The notes under the pieces: model-generated | What the model saw: the letters and a program-made list of their open reading frames with translations, nothing else | Told to the model about the DNA's origin: nothing | Database searches by the model: none | Source of the DNA: Magallana gigas | Taxonomy: Eukaryota | Direction of reading: 5' to 3' | NCBI RefSeq assembly: GCF_963853765.1 | Contig: NC_088853.1 | Location: forward strand, 16,678,001 to 16,742,000 | Length of the DNA: 64,000 bases | Made by a program: the position numbers and the translations under genes | Shown here: positions 59,083 to 64,000 of the stretch, piece after piece | Layout: every line of letters begins with the position of its first letter | Position numbering within the stretch: position 1 is the stretch's first letter

Positions 59083-62000
59083 ATGTTTACTATTGCATCT
59101 GTTCAGCCGCAGGTATGTTAAAGTCAAAGATTATTGCTAAACTCTAAGTAAAATTTTAGTGAAACAGATAATTATGGTCAGATGGCGAGTTAATGATGTA
59201 AAACATGTAAAATGTGTCAATTTATGTTAAAAGAAATAAGATATAGGCAAAGCTAATTAATTCCATTACCTAAAGAGTTCCATAGAACTTCCTCAATGAA
59301 AATCCAAATTTCCACATTCCAACATTGTAAACTGTTTAATTGTTGTGTAACACATTGACAAGAGTATATTGTCAAGATCAAGCTGTTTTTTTTTAGAATG
59401 GACATAACAAGGAGAAATATTTGGCTATTGAATCACTTTCATTTACTCCTGCATGCTCGCCTGAAAAGAATTTTTTATTTTAAAATGATTTAACCATAAA
59501 TTGAATTTTTTAAAATAACTAGGTTGCTGCAGCCATCGCTCAGTTTTCCTCTCTTCTAAATGGAGCGCGGGCTTCCTCAACAGACAGTTTCAGTGGAAGA
59601 CAACATCGCAGAAAACAGCACAGAAAATCTAGGTCTAATAAGGATGAAAGAACAAATAATAACCATGCAAACCAGGTAAGAAGGCTAACAATTGAGGTTT
59701 AAGATAATCAAAAGAGAGAGAGAGAGAGAGAGACTGCCTCTGTAATACAAATTCAGTAATTTACTATGGTCAAATTCACAATAACTAAACAAATTGTTTA
59801 CAACCCACTTTGAAGATAAGGGCAGAAAAAATTGTGTTCTACATTTTTGATTTGAAATACTTTTGCCCTGTAAGGATCACTAAAATATGTGTAATTATTT
59901 TAATTTTGATATAATAAAGCAAAATGAATGCAAATAGAAATCTTTTCATAATTAAACAGAAGTATTTTAACCCTGGTCCTGTTATGACTCTGTGCCTATA
60001 TTTCATGGTGGTGACCAACCTTAACTCTTAATTTTGCAGGTGGAACAGTTGATAAGTCTTTTGCACTTAGAAGATTTGCCCAAGAACTTGTCAGCCCTTG
60101 AGTTATGTCCCTTGACCTGCGGTCCTTCAATAGGAAGGCTAGGGATGGACAGCTATGTCTCCTCACCTACATTCTTTGAAAACAAATATGGTAAGATTTT
60201 AAAAACTAAGTTGTTATCCAGTGTTGTTGGCAACTTTGTTCTGCGAGTGTAGTGGGTTGACAAGAGAAAATGTATCAGATACTCGCAAGTGGATATTTTA
60301 ATTTGTAGTTACTCAAAAACACTAATTAACTAATGTGTAAATGTTTTAAAAATTAATGTGTTTTTAAAGACTAAGAAAATAATGTATGAAGAAATCTATG
60401 CTTGCCAGAAAAAGGGACAATAGCCATACCGTAGTTTCATCAATGTTTGTTGAATTCCCATTTTTCGTGAAGTTCATTATTGAGTTGATCTACGAAATAA
60501 AATGTGAATTAAAATACAGTTTTTAGTAAATACATGTATTGTACAGATAGGATCAGTGCATGGTCACAAATTTATGCATCATTGGGATTGTGATATCAAT
60601 TACCAAATTCATAACATCTAAAGAAGATTTGTTCTTGTGTGCATTATTGATCATTTTCATTAAAAGGTTTTGAGGATACAAGTTTTACAAGACCTGCACC
60701 AGTTGTTCTTTTGCCATGGTCATCAGAACCAAGACTCCTACTGCGAGGACATAATAATCTTTGTAAGATTTAGTTACATATAATTTCTTTCTTTCTTTCT
60801 TTCTTTCTTTCTTTTTTTCTTTCTTTCTTTCTTTCTTTCTTTCTACATTAAACTATTTTTTTTAACACTGAAGCTGTCATGATTTTAAAAGAAAAATACT
60901 TCATAGGGTACACCCAGAATAGACATTTTTATATCAAGAGGGAAGGAGGTAGTGTATCTGGAGGTAGATACAATGACAGTGAGAGTTTAAAAGAGGTAAG
61001 TTCTAAATTCAAATTTGCTAGCTCTCTAATCAAAATACTGTATACAGGGAAATATATGCCTCCATTTTATATTCGCCCCTCGTTGCTAACAGGTAAATTT
61101 AGGACTGGGTGAATTCTGATGTCTTCAATTAATTTTCTTTAAACACAACTGTGTCTGTACAAATTCAAAACGGGGGGAAACTGTTTGCAAGTGTAGAAGG
61201 GCGAAAATAACCCTGTATACAGTAATTATCTTTCAGTACTATTACCGGTAAACACAATTATCAGCTCAAAGGATTCAGTTTAATGAAAATATTGTGTTCG
61301 TTTTTTGTCTGTTCTCCATGCTATTCATTATTTTGTAATTGTAATTCATATCATAAACAACATTTATATTTTTTTGATAGATTAAGAAGACTGTGGAAAA
61401 TCAACAGCTTCTTCTGAAGGTCAGTCAGAAATTCTTTTATCTTAAAAGTTGAACTTTAATTTTGTTCAAACCCATGCTTGATCAAAAGAGAAGTTAGTTA
61501 GTCTACTTTTGAATACAGACAAACTTGTATTAAGCAGTCACCTGCGGGAGGCACCTTAACAGAGGTGACCTTTGAATAGACACTTGTCAATTTGCCAACA
61601 TCAAATACCTTATTAAAACAATTATCACAATAAAACAATAATGTATCAAAATTATAGATAAAGTAATTGATTTAATGTTTTTTATTGTATCTATTGTATT
61701 TACAAATAAGTATAAATACATAACAATGCATTGTGCATGTAATTTTTTATATTTTACTAAATTATTGAAAAAAGTCATTACGTGGTAAAACCTTGTCGCT
61801 GACGTTTTCACAATTATAACACTATTTTCATGTGTACCGGTATATAGAAAACAAACACTTTTAATACAAATCAACTACCGGTATTAAGTTTTTAACTGAC
61901 CGTATCTGAACTCAAAATCATATCATTAAATCAAGCAATTTTCTCTTGCCTAGCCGCGGACATTTTTGACACCTGTTTCATTCATGTCTATAAAACAAAC

Positions 62001-62975
62001 ATTGTTAATACATGTTTAAACAATTCACTTGATTCCCATTCATATCTGATCTGCCAGTTATGTATTATAAATACATCTATTAATTTGGTTTCTCTCGCCT
62101 CAAGTGTATAATTATTGTTTTCATTTATTACCCGACATTCGGAAGTCATGTTTAAAATCCCCGGGTGTAAATCATGTGACCGGCCAAAATGGCGGTCTAA
62201 TGCATGTCGACTGTACAGCTTCGGATCAAAATACAATGACTGCTGACTGCATTAGACAGGTGACCGCTCTTTAGAAGGCAATTATATAGGATTTTTCATC
62301 GGGAGGAAATAAAATGACCGCTTATGAAAGGTGACTGCTTAATAGGGGTGGCAGCTGCAGCAGTTTTGACTGTATTGACAATGAAGAGGTTTTTACCTTG
62401 TATATAATTTCATGTGTTGATAAAATGGTGTAACAAAGCACTGGTGAGAAATGGTTCTTAGCAAAAATTGCTAGTAATGAATTCTGGAACAGTTTTATAG
62501 CATGGTGTTGAATTAGCATGCAATTTTTGTAAAGAAAAATGTTCAAAATAAATTAACAGTGTCGTTACAAAGTGTTTACCATAAATGTATTGTTTACAAC
62601 AATCCCTGTTTAATTTATTGACAGGAACTGTTTAATCAGAACTCGCGCCAAGTCTCTCAGCAAAGCAAGCAAGTACTGAACAAGGCTCAGATACAGAGTC
62701 TGGAGGAGAAGTACCAGACTTTGACCGCCCAGGTCAAGACACTGAGTACCAACAAAAAGTCCAAGCTGAGTAACGTGATCCAGATCCTGAGCTACGCTGC
62801 GGCCATCATAGTGCTCACCATCATCATCACTAGGATGATGGGCTCCAGTAAGTTATCGAGCCTCCTTAATATATTTATGTGAGAGAGAGTGAGAGAGAGA
62901 GAGATAGAGACAGACAGAGGACAGAGAGAGAGAGACAGAGGACAGAGAGAAAGACAGAGGACAGAGAGAGAGACA

Positions 62976-63025
<50 letters not shown>

Positions 63026-63866
63026 CTGTGGAATTACCAGAATCATGCATTGGGTATATTGAGCCTCCTTGATACGGAGAAAGAGAGAGAAAGAGATGAT
63101 ATTATATATGATCCACATTTGCCTTAATCGGCTGTTTTTTAATGACTTGACAGATCTGATGCCAAACAACAACAAGATGTTTACTGTGTTCACAAAGGAC
63201 ATGATCAAGGAAAAGTTCAATGATGTCCATGGAGTAAGTACATTCTTTTTGATGTTGAATGCTGTTAAAATCTTTTTTAAGGGAGGGTACTGATAAAATA
63301 GCTAAATAATCTTTGCAGATTTTAAAGTCTTAATACTATTTAATTTTGATTAAATTAAACTCTGTGTAGATAATCAAAAGTTCAGCCCTTGAGAATGTTT
63401 ATTCTTAAGATTTGATACAAAATGGTGAAATTGATAAATTAAGTACTCAGACACACAAATAAAGTATTTATAGCAATACCTCTGGATCTATGTAAAAAAA
63501 AATAAACCATAAGGCCATTCTTAGAAAAGCGTTTGTTTGGAATTGTCGCCTGCAGGTTTGTAAACCCAGAAAGGAAGGAAGCTTAAATTAATTTTAAAAT
63601 TAAATTAAAAATTGGTAAAAATAATAATATCCAAATAGGGAAAAAGTTCTTTATTTTTTGCTTATAGAATCTAATCAGTTGGGGTATTTTAATGAGGCGG
63701 GAGGCAATCCCAAACAAATAATAATTTTATTTTGGCTCAAGATTACTCAAATTATCACTGTAACTGTTCCCATAGATGGATGAAGCCAAAGAAGACATGG
63801 TGGATGTCGTCAAGTTCCTGCAGAATCCAGAGGCATTCGAGCAAGTTGGAGCCAAGATCCCAAAAG
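59083..63866 (+). CDS. YME1L1: YME1L-like paralogue B, 5' part, continuing beyond the window. Exons 59083-59112, 59523-59675, 60040-60190, 60667-60762, 60907-60995, 61381-61419, 62625-62847, 63154-63233, 63776-63866.
   Basis: Phase-consistent. N-terminus MFTIASVQPQ resembles the human YME1L1 start MFSLSSTVQPQ as recalled. Exon-by-exon homology to paralogue A: [15 protein letters not shown], GFEDxSFTRPAP, TM exon, DVHG, MDEAK...GAKIPKG. Confidence 0.88.
60786..60842. repeat. (CTTT)n microsatellite
   Basis: Direct reading. Confidence 0.9.
62880..63025. repeat. (GA/GACA)n compound microsatellite
   Basis: Direct reading. Confidence 0.9.
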
Positions 63867-64000
63867 GTTAGGAGAAGGTCAATGTATAAATAGAAAGGTC
63901 AAGGTCACTAACAGGTTAAATCAATGTAAATACCAGTATACATTCATTGACAAGTACATTCTAGGTCATGGTGATTGTACAGCTAAAAGGAGACTACAGA

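Noticed and set aside
62792-63220. SLSLSL/ERERER ORFs (also 20280-20827)
   Set aside because: Translations of GA microsatellites.

Overview
Eukaryotic, AT-rich, intron-rich DNA, most likely Pacific oyster (Crassostrea/Magallana gigas) or a close bivalve. That is inferred from a Cg170-like ~166-bp satellite inside a Helentron-type element and from the MITE complement. All gene models were spliced by hand from GT-AG sites and phase continuity. Left to right: (1) terminal exon of a probable ankyrin-repeat gene (+, 1415-2157). (2) A complete 11,480-bp Polinton/Maverick-type element (3644-15123) with AGTAGT...ACTACT termini, an exact 6-bp TSD (TTTATG) and ~0.9-1.1-kb TIRs. It has only three genes, all intact: a spliced protein-primed DNA polymerase B, a zinc-finger/polyQ-fused A32-like ATPase, and an rve-chromodomain integrase. 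No capsid or adenain protease gene is recognisable. (3) The element sits antisense in the last intron of a 12-exon host gene (-, 23079-3456) encoding a secreted LU-LU-ShK-mucin-ShK-ShK protein. (4) A two-coding-exon secreted propeptide gene (-, 35269-28302) ending in a furin-site-flanked C-x3-C-x9-C-x3-C peptide, with a 1.29-kb tandem duplication in its intron. (5) Two head-to-head YME1L/FtsH-like i-AAA protease paralogues. One is complete (-, 58962-39925, 21 exons, ~714 aa) and one runs off the window (+, from 59083). The minus copy carries a 49-bp array of 53 copies of its own exon end plus 5' splice site. There are also many MITEs, microsatellites and two N gaps.
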